Of a stretch of 64,000 bases of DNA, positions 11,897 to 24,730 are shown one piece after another. Source of the stretch: Octopus bimaculoides (lineage: Eukaryota); assembly GCF_001194135.2 (NCBI RefSeq), contig NC_068985.1:47111215-47175214 (forward strand). Reading direction: 5' to 3'. The position numbers and the translations under genes were made by a program. Positions within the stretch are counted from its first letter, which is position 1. Every line of letters starts with the position of its first letter. Below the pieces are notes generated by a model. The model was given only the letters and a program-made list of their open reading frames with translations, was not told the origin of the DNA and searched no databases.

Positions 11897-12323
11897 TTGA
11901 CATACATAGGCAGATCGCAAATTTATTGTATAGAGATTTATATCTACACATATTGTTTCGAGTTTTCCAAACATCTATCACCATAAAGTCCCAAATCTGA
12001 TTTCAAATAGAAACCTTTTTTCTATATCAATGTTAATATTCGTTATGTATAGCTTAAAAAATAAGATTTCCTGGTTCAAATCTAGTCTGAGTCTAGCTAC
12101 CCACGAAGGCACTCGATGATGAATCATTGTGGGAGAATAGTAGCCATACGCGCTAAAGATACTTTTAAAAGTCTGGAAAACTACATTGAAACAAGATCAT
12201 ACATTTTGAGGGAAGACGCATAAGGATTTAAATTGAGCTCAATACTTGACTATTTCTATTATTGTATTGGCCAGGAAATATGAGTGACAAAGCTGACAGT
12301 TCTTTTCTCAGGAATACACACAC

Positions 12324-12510
12324 CGTTTTTCTTTCTCTTTTCTCTGCACTTTTCTTCCTCTATCCGATGGAAAACGACGCTCGAAACGTCATATTTTTAA
12401 CCAATATTTCCACGAAAAACTTTCACCGAGTGTCAATCTAATATATTCATTGTGTACGTCCAATTAACTTTTGTTGTTTTTTCTGATGTTTTCTTCATGA
12501 ATTTGCCATA
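12324..12510 (+). mobile_element. Penelope-like terminal fragment with a decayed minimal hammerhead motif (12361-12393)
   Basis: TAT-CCGATGGA..GCTC-GAAAC-GTC-ATA; downstream sequence resembles the insert at 29030-29163. Confidence 0.45.
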
Positions 12511-12544
12511 TACGTATTATATATATCATATCTATTATACATAT

Positions 12545-12735
12545 AGGAACAAAGACTGAAACTTGTGGAGAGGGCAGTCGATAAAATCAATCCTTTTACT
12601 TGAATAGTGTTTCGTCCTCGGTGATACGAAAGGCAAAGTCGTCCTCGGTAGAACTTGAATTCACAACCTAATGAACTAGAATATCTACGCCAGGAATTCT
12701 GTCCGGTACCCTTACGTTTCTACCAACCTAACGTC
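12545..12735 (-). mobile_element. Degenerate SINE family A
   Basis: gaaaggcaaagtcgtcctcggtagaacttgaattc is the reverse complement of the core and B box. Confidence 0.7.
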
Positions 12736-12989
12736 ATCTATGTACTGCCATATATAATAATGAAAATTAATTGTATATTTTCCATTTATTATATTATAAT
12801 GTTAATAACTGCCCTGCCATTTTTCCTTGTGGATGGCGCCTCAGGTTAGTTTCCATTAGTTATTAATCTTCAACTAACGTGAATGAAGATAATGAACATG
12901 AGAGAAGATAACGACAAATCACGTAAAAGTATAGAAAATTCTTAGATATTACAACAGTTGTTGTTTTATGGACAGTGTTACTGATATAA

Positions 12990-13230
12990 GTAAGGCTAGC
13001 ACGTCAGACAAAATGTTTAGTGGTATTTCGTCGGTCTTTACGTTCTGAGTTCAAATTCCACTGAGTTCAACTTTGCCTTTCATCCTTTCGTGGTAAATAA
13101 AGTAAGTACAATTTGAACACTGGGGTCGACGTAATCGACTAAACACCTACCCTCAAATGGGTTCGATATGATCGACCTACTCCCTCCTATGAAAAACTGC
13201 TGGCGCTTTGCCAAAATTTGAAACAATTTT
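12990..13230 (+). mobile_element. SINE family A with an internal duplication of the gggtcgatgtaatcgact module
   Basis: B box gagttcaaattcc, core gcctttcatcctttcg, A1-type end ccaaaatttgaaac. Confidence 0.85.
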
Positions 13231-13259
13231 TATTGGTATAAGCCACACCGTATTTAATG

Positions 13260-13925
13260 TAATATTGTGATGGTTATTCTGAATTGGAAAACATGGCGGT
13301 TGCGATGCATTATTGATGGAGGTGGTTTTGAATATTTTATGGGTACAGTTTGTATTGGTGGTGCTTGAGGTGGTAGCGTTTTTGCGATGAAGTCATGTTG
13401 TTGGTGGTTGAAGTTGTGGTCATGGCTGAATGACATTACTAGTAGTATTGTTGATAGCAAAGCTGGATGCTGAAGAGGAGATATTTGTGACTTATGTGGT
13501 GGAAGAGTTGAGGTGGTGGCGATTGAAACAGTGATGGTTGTGGAAGTGATAGCGGTTGATGTGAATGTTGATGGCGGGGTTTAATAGACAGTTGTTAAAG
13601 TTGTATAGAAGACTGTAGTGGGGTGGGAGTTAAGTTGTGATGGTTTCAGTGGTATTCGTATGGCTGGAAATGTATTGGAATGATTCACTGGTGGTGGGCG
13701 AAGGGCCGGTGGTGGGTGCTATGGTAGAGGAGTGATGATTGAAATGGAAATTGCCATTGAGTTGTTAGTGTTGTCGTTGCTGTTGTTGTTGTTGGTAGTG
13801 GTGGTGGTAGGGATCGTGGTGGCGCTGGTGCTGTTGTAGTTTGTGTGGCAGTGTGTTGACTGATGCGATGGTCGTTGAAAGGGTGGTGGTTGTGGTGGAC
13901 GTGGCAGAAAGTAAGGCAGTGGCAA
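13260..13925. repeat. Degenerate GGT/GAT/GTT low-complexity tract, followed by (GA)n at about 13965-14105
   Basis: Directly visible. Confidence 0.8.
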
Positions 13926-14027
13926 CTAAGACCTCAATATTATGACATTTCCCAAGATAACGAGAGAAAAGAGAGAAAGAGTGAGAGAATGGGGTAATTG
14001 AAAGTGAAGGGAGTAGAGAGAGAGAGA

Positions 14028-14087
<60 letters not shown>

Positions 14088-14522
14088 CAGACAGACAGAC
14101 AGAAGGAAAGGGAGAAAAAAAAGAGAATATGTCCTTATATTGTTATAAAGTATCGGAATGAAAGGTCTTAACAAATCCCTATCCTATTGCTCGATCTGGG
14201 ATTTGTCATTCGTACACTTCCGGCCTCAAATTTCAATACCCGATGGAAAGTATAAACAAACGTCTTCTTCCCTCTTTATTCTGTTCGGGGTATTAAATGG
14301 GAAGTGAGAAAAGAGAGAACATAAATCCTCAAATTTTCTATTTGATTATATTTTACCTTTTTGTTTTCTGTGGAAAATGGTGATTTTAATTTCAGACGTA
14401 ATACAATAAAATTAAAGCAGTTTGCTTTCCTAGACGTAACGGATTAACGAATTACTCAAACTCAATGGAGAAATAGTTTAAAAGGTGTCACATACATGGA
14501 ATATGTATGTATATGTATGTGT

Positions 14523-14570
<48 letters not shown>

Positions 14571-14596
14571 GTATACATATACNNNNNNNNNNNNNN

Positions 14597-14680
<84 letters not shown>

Positions 14681-15339
14681 GTATACATATACACGCATAT
14701 ATATAAACATATATATACACATATATGTATATATAATAATTTGTTGAAGAAGAGGAAGAGAATAATTTGCGTTCTTGATAAACTGTTTTAAGTGTATAGA
14801 CATATTGTATTTAGGACATAGTTTAATGTTAGGAATTGATTCTTTGAAGGGGAATAAAGAACTCCACAGTTACTATACTTAGGAAGATGGCTTTTCACTC
14901 ATAAATTCATACATACATTCGTATGTAATACTGTGTGTATGTAATACATCAGTACATATAAATAGGCATACGTACATAAAAATAGAGAGGACATAACTTA
15001 TAAAGATAATGTTATCAAAGGCACTGTCAGAATGCATAAAATATTCAAGAGATATAGCGGGAAATAAGATCCATAAAATGGAATGACATCCGTTCCTGAA
15101 TCCATATATGCCCGTGCACATGCCTATGCATGTGTATATGCATATATACATACACACATACATACGTATATGTGTGTGTCTTTGTGTGTGTATTACATAC
15201 ATACATGTGCACACATGCAAAACTACACCGTTGATAGCGTCAGAAATAATCAAAGAACTTTTCTTGTTTCTAGGCTAGATACTGACTCTGTCACCATTGA
15301 TGATAAATTGAAAAAATAAACATCTGTAAGAGAAACAAG

Positions 15340-15550
15340 CATACATACATACATACATACATGCATGCATACATACATACATACATACATACAGACAGAC
15401 ATACATTCGTGCATATCCTCTTAATACATAATCTTACACATACATACATACATACATGCATGCATGCATACATACATGCATACATACACACATACATACA
15501 TACATGCATGCATGCATACATACATGCATACATACATACATGCATACGTA
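15340..15550. repeat. (CATA)n/(CATG)n tetranucleotide tract
   Basis: Directly visible. Confidence 0.95.
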
Positions 15551-15559
15551 CATTGATAT

Positions 15560-17010
15560 GAGATTAAAGAAACAGCTAATTGTTCACGGGTTAAAAGTTA
15601 GTTATGGTATTGCTGGAGAACATATGGAAACATGTAATTCTTATTACTCGACAAGTAATACTTTCTTATATGCAACTGCTATTACTTCTGAATAACACCT
15701 AGAAGGTATCCGCACTGTACCTGCACATGCAATTACTAATCGGTAGCGAACTAGATGGTAAACAAAAGTTTAAGAAAACATAAAAATTTCTATGATTAAT
15801 CACGATAATAAAATACAAATAGAGAAATAAGTAGCACTTCACGAATTACATCTTAAGCAAATATATTAAAAATCTATGGAGGCTTTTCGCAACAAACTCT
15901 TCAGGAATAGTCAAAGCACGAACTTAATATTCAGGAGCAAAAACGTCTCTGTCAGAGAAAAAAAGATCGGCCGAGCCAGTGTGATATAGAATTCGCGTCC
16001 AATCCACAAGCATTATACCGAGAGGAAGAAAAGACATCCCCTTTAAAAAGCTCCTTCACAAGACGGCTTTGTGTCATTCTGATCTAAGATATGGAGCGAA
16101 AAGAGATATTTCAACCAGCATGCATCGTTAGCAAAGAATACTATAGCAAGTATGCAGTAAAATATACACAAGCGACGCTGAAACTTTCAATATTGCTGTA
16201 GGCATGCTGCATACTAAGCAGGCACTTAGAAGAGGTCTAATAGTTCGATACTGGTGCAAGACGCTGACGTTCTAGAGATAGTCTTTAAATACGCGCATTT
16301 AAAAGAACTATAGAAGACTAAATTAGTTTGTATAGAAGAATCTTGTAGCCAAGAATGAAACAACCGAGTTGATAGAAAATTGTATGTCAATTGCTTGCCC
16401 TAACATTATGTACAAGCTTTAAACAAGCTGTCGGAACAAATTCCTTCAGTACCATGACAAGTTCAAGAACGTAGTGACAGATGGGCCGGCAGATGGAAAG
16501 AAAAGGGCTCGCGGATGTGTCAAACAACTTTACTAAACAAATTGAATTCCTAGAAGTAAGAAAACATCGCGGGAATGGTCTGACGATGTAGCTTGGTTGC
16601 AGGAAAGTACTTAAATCTATTTCCCACTCAAGCTTGCTGAAATCTCTATACTTGGGAAAAGTATCTGCTACCGTAGTCACTAACATTGAAAGACCCACAA
16701 GAACCTAGGAAACAATTTTCATTCAAGTGAGAGCCGAAAGATAGTATCCGATGTTATAAATATCACGAGTTAGTCTTTTTGTACTTTTGTTTATTTTAGG
16801 ATTAAATACGCCATGGCTTCTTTTATAAAACTCCAATGGCTACATTCCCGGATATGGAACTGCTAAAGACACCTACATAACACATCACGTCTTTGTCAAT
16901 GACTTCAAGACCTATACTACAAATAATTATGCTAAAACTCAGCCGGAGGTAATTACATGTTTAGCTGACACAAAAATGGAATTTGGCTTTAAGAAATGAT
17001 CGTGAGTGTA
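15560..17010 (+). mobile_element. Highly decayed R4/Dong-like reverse transcriptase fragment (likely the CATA-associated family)
   Basis: Motif remnants in correct order: SKIWSEKRYFN; GLIVRYWCKTLTF; IACPNIMYKL*TSC (cf. YRPIACLN..YKL); GKKRARGCVKQL; KSISHSSLLKSL (cf. AFDSIPH.WL); THHVFVNDFKTY (cf. HLLFVDDLKTY); MEFGFKK. Confidence 0.7.
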
Positions 17011-17501
17011 ATGAAAAAAATGATCGCAAAAGGGAGGGTTAAGTTTTAACAGATGTATTAGCTTAGGACATATAAGTAAGGGACGTAGCCTTGATGTTCC
17101 GGACGCTAGTCCTTCATTAGAAGATAAAATATTGACGAAAAGTAAAGGGGTAGTGTGTAAAAGAAAAAGTTTACAGGTGAGCAAAAAAGAAAAAAAAAAT
17201 AAGTGAGTTAAGTTAAGGCCAAGATAGAGGAGTAGAGGAGATGTGGCTATAGGAGAATATCTGTGCAATGAGATAAATATAAAAGGAAAGTGAAATATAC
17301 GGCAGATGTTAATGAGTACTGATCCGCGTATTATTGGGTACCTATTAGATCTTTCTCTTATAGAGACAATTTGTTAGTGAACACAATCAAAAGTTTGAAG
17401 CGAGACACAAACATAGCACAAAATATTTCTATTAGAAACTTCAAGTATGTGTGTATGTATTTATACATACGCAGTCATATATATAATTGTGCGCGCGTGC
17501 G

Positions 17502-17535
<34 letters not shown>

Positions 17536-17680
17536 TGTATGTATGTACACATACACTCATACACACACTCACACACACATATGTACAGTTGCACTGGCAT
17601 ATACATATGTATATACGGGTATATGAATAATATATATATATATACATATACATACAGTATATACAGTGATACATGAACAT

Positions 17681-17771
<91 letters not shown>

Positions 17772-18427
17772 CATACATAAAAGAAAACTGGCATACAGAC
17801 ATACACGCATACATACACCATGCATATATCAACTATGATCTGTTATTTCACTACGCAAAAGCTATTACAAACTACCATCATCGGCCGCAAGTCGGTCGCC
17901 AATACGTTTCGTAGGTGTTTAATGATTTACGGGAAACGTCAACACATGTTTAGACTAATATCAGATAACGTAGTGATATAGCAAAAAGTGTTTGGCATTG
18001 CTGGATTCCTACCGGAAAGGATAGCAGATGGTCCCCAGAGATGGAATTTATTTATTTGTTCATCTACCGGCATTTGGTATATGCCTTTAGAATTGTTACT
18101 GGCTTAAAAGCAGTGAAATTGTATGTATTCATGCATATATGTATGTACGAATGTATATAAGTACGAATGTATGTTTGCACGCATGTATGTGTGTATGTAT
18201 GTGATTATAAACATAGTATATATATGTATATGATTGTGTGCATGTGTTTAAAGTATCACATATATAAGCATATTTTCAGTCTTGTATACACGTATAGCAC
18301 AAATGCGAATATAGTGTAGCAAATGTATATATGGATATATCTATATGCATGCATATCTATATATGTATGTATGTATGTATGCATGTATGTATGTATGTAT
18401 TTATGTATGTATGTATGTATGTATGCT

Positions 18428-19235
18428 ACTATTCAGTTTCATTTCAGGATTTCTTACCAGTAGAGAAAGGGCCGGTTTCTAATCTAGATCCAAGGGTCCT
18501 TCACTGGAATTTCAACGTGAACAACCGGATATTTTTGTATGTATGTACGTATGTATGTATGTATGTATGTATGTATGTATGTATGTATGTACGTACGTAT
18601 CTATACAGATTTGTATGTTTTGTTTTATGCATGTCTTCTCATGCAAATACTTTCATATCTAGATATGCTCATATGGACAGTTTTACAGATTTTGCGATTC
18701 CAGTGATGGATTGGATCTGTTATCTTCGAATCAGCTTTCTCCTTTTTGGTTTTGATAAGCCTAATTTCTCAAGATTGGAATTTAGGCAGTGTGTTACATA
18801 TCCTAGTTCCCGAATAATTACAGGTACAAATCTGGATTGAGTAACTGCAGGTTTCTCAATAGCTCAACGTAGATTTTTCTTTTTCACTGACCTTCAGCTT
18901 TATGTGAACATCCGCTGGACAGCTGTTTTTTTCTCTATTCCAAATCATTATATCAGGTCAAATGTGTTGACATTATTGAGCTTTAGACCTAGTACTCCTT
19001 TTTGTTATGAGTGGCTATGACTTATTTCTTATTTCTTTGTCCACGGGATTATTCTTCTGACGCATTTCATTATGAAGCGTCCTAACTAGAACAAAATGTC
19101 TTATCGGTAGATAACACGGTGATGACATTTTCGGACAGCTGCTTATGATGTGAGTGATATCTTCGTTATTAACTCCACAAATTCTGCGTCGATTGTCACA
19201 CTTTACTGCTTTTCTTGCATTTGACACGTTTGAGC
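18428..19235 (-). mobile_element. 5'-truncated R4/Dong-like element: zinc knuckle, RLE domain and 3' UTR with internal (CATA)n
   Basis: Minus strand CDNRRRICGVNNEDITHIISSCPKMS (CCHC-type), PDIMIWNREK, SCPADV..KLKVSEKE, LEKLGLSKPKRRKLIRR; 3' UTR matches 27979-28399. Confidence 0.85.
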
Positions 19236-19301
19236 ATGAGGTATATACGTACGTATGCATGTCTGTATGACTCTCTCTGTCTCTTTCACTCCCTCTCTCT
19301 C

Positions 19302-19410
<109 letters not shown>

Positions 19411-20869
19411 ATAAAGGCATTAACTATATAGCAATGCCTCACGCTTAGAGGGACTAAATAAGTCAAAAACTACCAAAAAATAAGCAACATATTTACTGAA
19501 AGCGAGGAAATGTAACTTTCAAAATTAATTTCCTAAAAACATTTAACTTAACGGCAAACCACTGGTTTCTCAATCAATACAGCAAAACTGTGAAGTAAGC
19601 TGCATCTTTTGTTCATCAGTACACGTATGGTCGAGACACATAAAAATAAACAAGAATCAACATACCACGATGTACCCATAGTACGATGACTTCTGTTCAT
19701 CATTATATATCCGTGAAAGAGATTAGAATTTATCCGGTTGCATCTCAGTAACATGTGCTTATACAGAATAATATTCAGCACTGAATATATTCTAATTATT
19801 TATAATATAATATAGGAGAAAATCTTTATAAGAATTTATCAAGTAGTCAGCGTGATAGCAACTTTTCCGAGTTTATCTCTTCATTTTATTATTTCATTAT
19901 GAACACAAAGAATGCAGATACTTTAAATATGAAGATGTTATGAAATATGTTCTTGAATTCCATGCTCTTAAATAGACAAAAGCCACTGACATTTTAGGAA
20001 TTTTACTGAAAAGAAGGAGTTTGTTAAACATTTTAATATGAGAGGCCGGTGACCAGTTTGTACATCAGTGGGAACCTATCATTATTCTTCATGGAGAAAG
20101 GATCTTTTGTCAAACTGGAAAATTATGAATAGATGCACTCTCTGACGTTCTGTACTAGCATAATGAAACATGTATGAACTGTCAACCTGGCACCCGAGAG
20201 GAAAGAGGAGATTGTTTCAGTTCTCGGAATCAAAGCTTTCCAAGTAAAAGAAGAGTTTTCAAAAGGAATTTAACTGGCAAGTATCCGCAGGCACTTTCTC
20301 AATTTCAGTAGAGGAGTAAACGCGTTGATTGTAATTTAAAGGAACACGAACTGGAAAATTACAAAAGTAGTTAACAGACTTCTTGCTACACCACAGAAAG
20401 GCAAAACACAAAATGATTTAAAAACCCCTTGATAAATTACTAGCGAGGTAACATGACTTGTAGAAGCTTAAATCGAATTTCGCTTTCATTATTAACCCAC
20501 TTATGGCTGCCAGCTGATTTGGAGACGATCCACAAATATCAGTCTACAAATGTGTTCTGGAAATATATTATTATACTGAACTAAAGAAAACGAGAGTAAA
20601 ACACATTCCAAATATTTCAGGACAACTTATGCAAATCACTCTATACCGTAATGATGCCTGTGAAACCGGAGCATCATTAGAAATAAGCACATGACAGAAC
20701 TAACTTTTACAACTTTTAACAATCTGTCTTGACGTCTTGGTATCTAAGATTTTCAACGGTTCATAGACAAGATGGAAATCTACAAGAATTCAACTAGACG
20801 TAATAAACAGTCTTACTATCCTAATAATTGTGGTATTTCGTGGTGTCCTTAAGAAATGAACGTAGATTT

Positions 20870-20960
20870 TCAGGCGAGAAATTACTAGAATCAGTAGAAC
20901 GTCGGAAAGAATGCATTTGTTCGATTGTTTTGAGCTCTGAGCTCAAAGGGAGGTTCAACG
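20870..20960 (+). mobile_element. Very degenerate SINE family A head
   Basis: ggcgagaaattactagaatcagtagaacgtcgg...gctctgagctcaaa. Confidence 0.4.
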
Positions 20961-21408
20961 TTCATTGTTGTAGAATCCATGCAAAAAAAAAAAAAAGAAA
21001 GAAAACAAGAAAAAAGAAAGAAATCAGTCCAGAGTGTTCACGTCGGTGTTTATTCTGCTGCATGCATTAGGGTCAGGTCTCCACTTTTAAGATATTTTCT
21101 TCCCTGCAAACGGTGTCGAACACCCTATAAAATGTTGTGAATACCACCTTTCCTCCTGACTGAAAGACATTAAAAAAATATTCTCTTATTAAAATATGTC
21201 TAACTGTATTGGATTGGTTTACTTTATACTTTTCCCACCAACATCTGAAAAATTAGAATCATTAAAAATATTCGACCTCCCAAACGGTTCAATTTATAGG
21301 TTTGGTACTATAATTTTCTATCACTGAAATGCATTACAAAAACTTTACTTTCATGTTCCTATTATTCAGTATCGTAAAAATAGTCAACCAATATTATGAA
21401 AATATTTC

Positions 21409-21459
<51 letters not shown>

Positions 21460-21589
21460 GTGGCAGCTTGGTGACGCAACAGAAATAGCAGGACTGATAT
21501 TCTGATATTTGGCAGAAGTAACATAGTGGCTCAAGGACCGAAATGTTTGTACATTAGGCACTTATGAAGCTTTGATACAAACACTGAGT

Positions 21590-22472
21590 GTGTTCGGGCT
21601 AAATTTGACAGTTTGCATAAAAGGTATAGAAAACACAATTTCCCAGCCAAAAACAAAAGCAGTCAAGAACTGCAAAACGTATCAACTAGATTATATTTGG
21701 AAGATAACAGTTTACTCAAACTACCCACGCTCAGCATCCCCCACAGCCTTAAGACGACTCCAAAACCTGACACAGGTATGTCTCATTGTGTCCTTGAAAA
21801 AATTTTCGAATATTTCCTTGTTCTCGGCCATCGGCTCGGCCTTGATGCAGGCAGGGCGGTTGTTATTCTCAAGCGTGCGCTGTATACAGTAATCCATAGG
21901 ATTACAATCAGGGGTAATTAGAAAACCAGAGTTTGTGGCTGGGGAAGTCCTAGAAATACTCCGACAATCTCTTCTGACTCTTTTTGGAGTTATGGCGAGG
22001 ATCGGAACCCTACTCAAACATATATGGTCTTCCAGCAGCAACCTTCTCCAGGCAGGGTTTCACCCCAGTCCAGCTGCTTTACATAGGCACCTGAATTCTG
22101 CCCAAGACCCTGTTCAAAGATATAGAGCGGCATGGTGTCTCCCTCACTGGAGACACTGACAAGCACCACCACAGTTTGGAGGTACTTGCTTTTCATGATC
22201 TCCATGTTACGTCTTACAATCTTTACAGGGTTCAGAGTATTTTGAGCGGCAGTTAAGATCTCGGCACTTTAATGGCAGTCGAGAACTAGTGTGTAACAAG
22301 TAAGTCTTCTCTTTATTCAGATGGCTTCCAGTCTTCCAGTCTTCCATGAGAGCCAACATTTTGTCAGTTAAACTGTAACGTCTGTGCCCTCCAAAGATGT
22401 TGACTATTTCACCAATACATCAAGCTTTTCCTGAAAAAAAGGAAACATCAAAATGTCAAACATAGCCCGAAT
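21590..22472 (-). mobile_element. Tc1/mariner superfamily DD37D (maT)-like transposon relic with TIRs
   Basis: Minus-strand translation QTVVVLVSVSSEGDTMPLYIFEQGL and PDCNPMDY...RFWSRLKAVGDAERG; inverted repeats 21593-21614 and 22450-22471 match at 19 of 22 positions. Confidence 0.8.
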
Positions 22473-22499
22473 GCTATGCATGCATTACAATAACATATA

Positions 22500-23290
22500 C
22501 GGTATTAATTATGTAGCACACCAACAGATGGCACCACACGGTGGCATGCGCACTGAAAGCTAACAGTGGCCTTCAAGTTGTGAAGACTATGTTTTCATGG
22601 TCATGTGCATGCTGTAGTCTGTGATTTTGTCATGGGTAGGAACAAAGAGCCAACGTAAAATTTACGGTAAGATTACTGCAACCAAGCAATGGATAGCAAT
22701 GGATCATATGCAATGTTTCGAGTGGCACGGGCGCTTCAAAAGCGAAAGAACGTTCTTAGAAGACAATGAATGATCTGTAAGACCTGCCACGAGCGTCAAC
22801 CTCGGAAATGTGGCATTGTGCATCAAGAATTCGCCCCCAAGAAAGCCAGGCCATCAATAAAGAGTTCTACTCTAATGTTTTGAAGCATTTGAGGGAAGAC
22901 ATTCAGCGAAAGGGACCAGATCTGTGCTACGCGGAGAAGAGGATTATTCACAACGAGAACGCATCCTGTCACCGAGCTCTCTTCATTCGTGAACATGGTA
23001 TCGCTTCTGCACCCGCCATACTCACCAGATTTAGCACCTGCGGACTTCCCCAAAAGGATAATGCAGCCGTTTTAATATTATTGTAGAGATCTAGAGGGAA
23101 TTGCAAAAGGTTCTCGACTCGCTTGCAGAAAACGACATCCAGGTCGGATTCCAAAAGAGGTACGAACGCTGGGATAGCTGTATTGCTGCGCAAGATGACT
23201 ATTTCCAAGTTGATGTTAACATTTAGGCTAATAAGTAATTTTCTATTAAACCTAAGTATTCTGAGTACCTTTAGGTACCACCACATAAAA
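22500..23290 (+). mobile_element. Internally deleted mariner transposon
   Basis: EWHGRFKSERTFLEDNE (HTH/linker), NKEFYSNVLKHLREDIQRK, HNENASCH (cf. HDNAP.H), HPPYSPDLAPADF, YERWDSCIAAQDDYF C-terminus. Confidence 0.85.
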
Positions 23291-23634
23291 CCACAAATTT
23301 AATAGTTTACACAGATGATTAAAAATTATGATACACACGCACGCACATACACACATGCACACACATATACATACATATGTTCACTTCCATACAAATATAT
23401 AATCTGACTACCAACAGAATTCATTATGGTGCTTATTAAATTACATTTTCGCCACTCTGTTCTTATTATGACAATGCGAACATGCGAGTTCGCTCATTTG
23501 TAAAATAGACAGTCAGTGAGTTTTAACTTAATTTAAGTATATTATTTTATACACAATTCTAAATAATCTTATTCAGTATGTGTTATTAGATCTAACCTAA
23601 ATGACTTACAGAGAGTAATCAATAACTTATGTAC

Positions 23635-23668
<34 letters not shown>

Positions 23669-24126
23669 AAATAGTAAATGAGTATATGCATATATACGTA
23701 CAGGTATGTGCATACCGACATCCACCTGTATGTATAGGTGCATATCTGGGTACAGGACATTGCAAACAAACGTAGACGAGAACACACGAGCCACATAGAG
23801 AACATCTCCTTCATCAGCCACCCACGTTTTAACACCGGCGTTTCGACGAGCTTGGGCAGGACGCATCGCAAAAACGGCTCGCCCCATGGATCGCAGATTA
23901 AATTTGTATACGCAAATTAAATATAGCCATGGAGGAATGTAGTGGCGGACAAAAAACAAGACAGGAAAACAAACAGAAAAGGCTTTACGGCCAGACGAGA
24001 AAAATTATGTGTGTAAGAACGCGATGAGGCACGGACCCGAGAGGGACAAAGTGGTGCGTGCGTTGCTTGGCGAAAGCCAAGGAAGGAAAGGATTATTGAC
24101 CGGAAGCATGTGACCATGCCGGTGTA

Positions 24127-24157
<31 letters not shown>

Positions 24158-24471
24158 TACTGCATATCTTTCGCGTCTTGTCTCAAAGGAGTCTCCGAAC
24201 ACTCAGCATATTCTTGTAGCCCATCTTTTGTAGTGATGCAATTGTGCAACCACCGATAATTTACCCATATAGCCTCAAAGTAACAGTCAAGGTGATTATG
24301 AATAAGTGTTCACCGTAGGATGAGCATGGTTTCATTTTTGCCCAGAATGATCTCAAAATTCAGCCCTCCACTTCGCTACACATTCTTACGACCTTAGTAA
24401 TTTGTACAGAAAATGATTCACTATTAATCACGTGGATTCCCAGTGACTACGGAATTGTAATATCACCTGGT

Positions 24472-24472
24472 C

Positions 24473-24503
<31 letters not shown>

Positions 24504-24635
24504 CGTGAGTATACATGTTTATACAAGTATTTAATTAGAGTTAAATCATATAATTTATGTTATAATACTTCTTTTATTCAGGTACATTCACACATATATA
24601 ATACGTACCTACACCAATCATATATACACGTGCAT

Positions 24636-24705
<70 letters not shown>

Positions 24706-24730
24706 ATACACATACATATATACATGCATA
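24472..24730. repeat. (TG)n and (CA)n microsatellites
   Basis: Directly visible. Confidence 0.95.

Noticed and set aside
19850-20750. Possible decayed DNA-transposase coding sequence
   Set aside because: Coding-like texture, but I could not identify any diagnostic motif
23627-23959. 110-aa minus-strand ORF as a host exon
   Set aside because: No recognisable domain; the 3' third is microsatellite-derived
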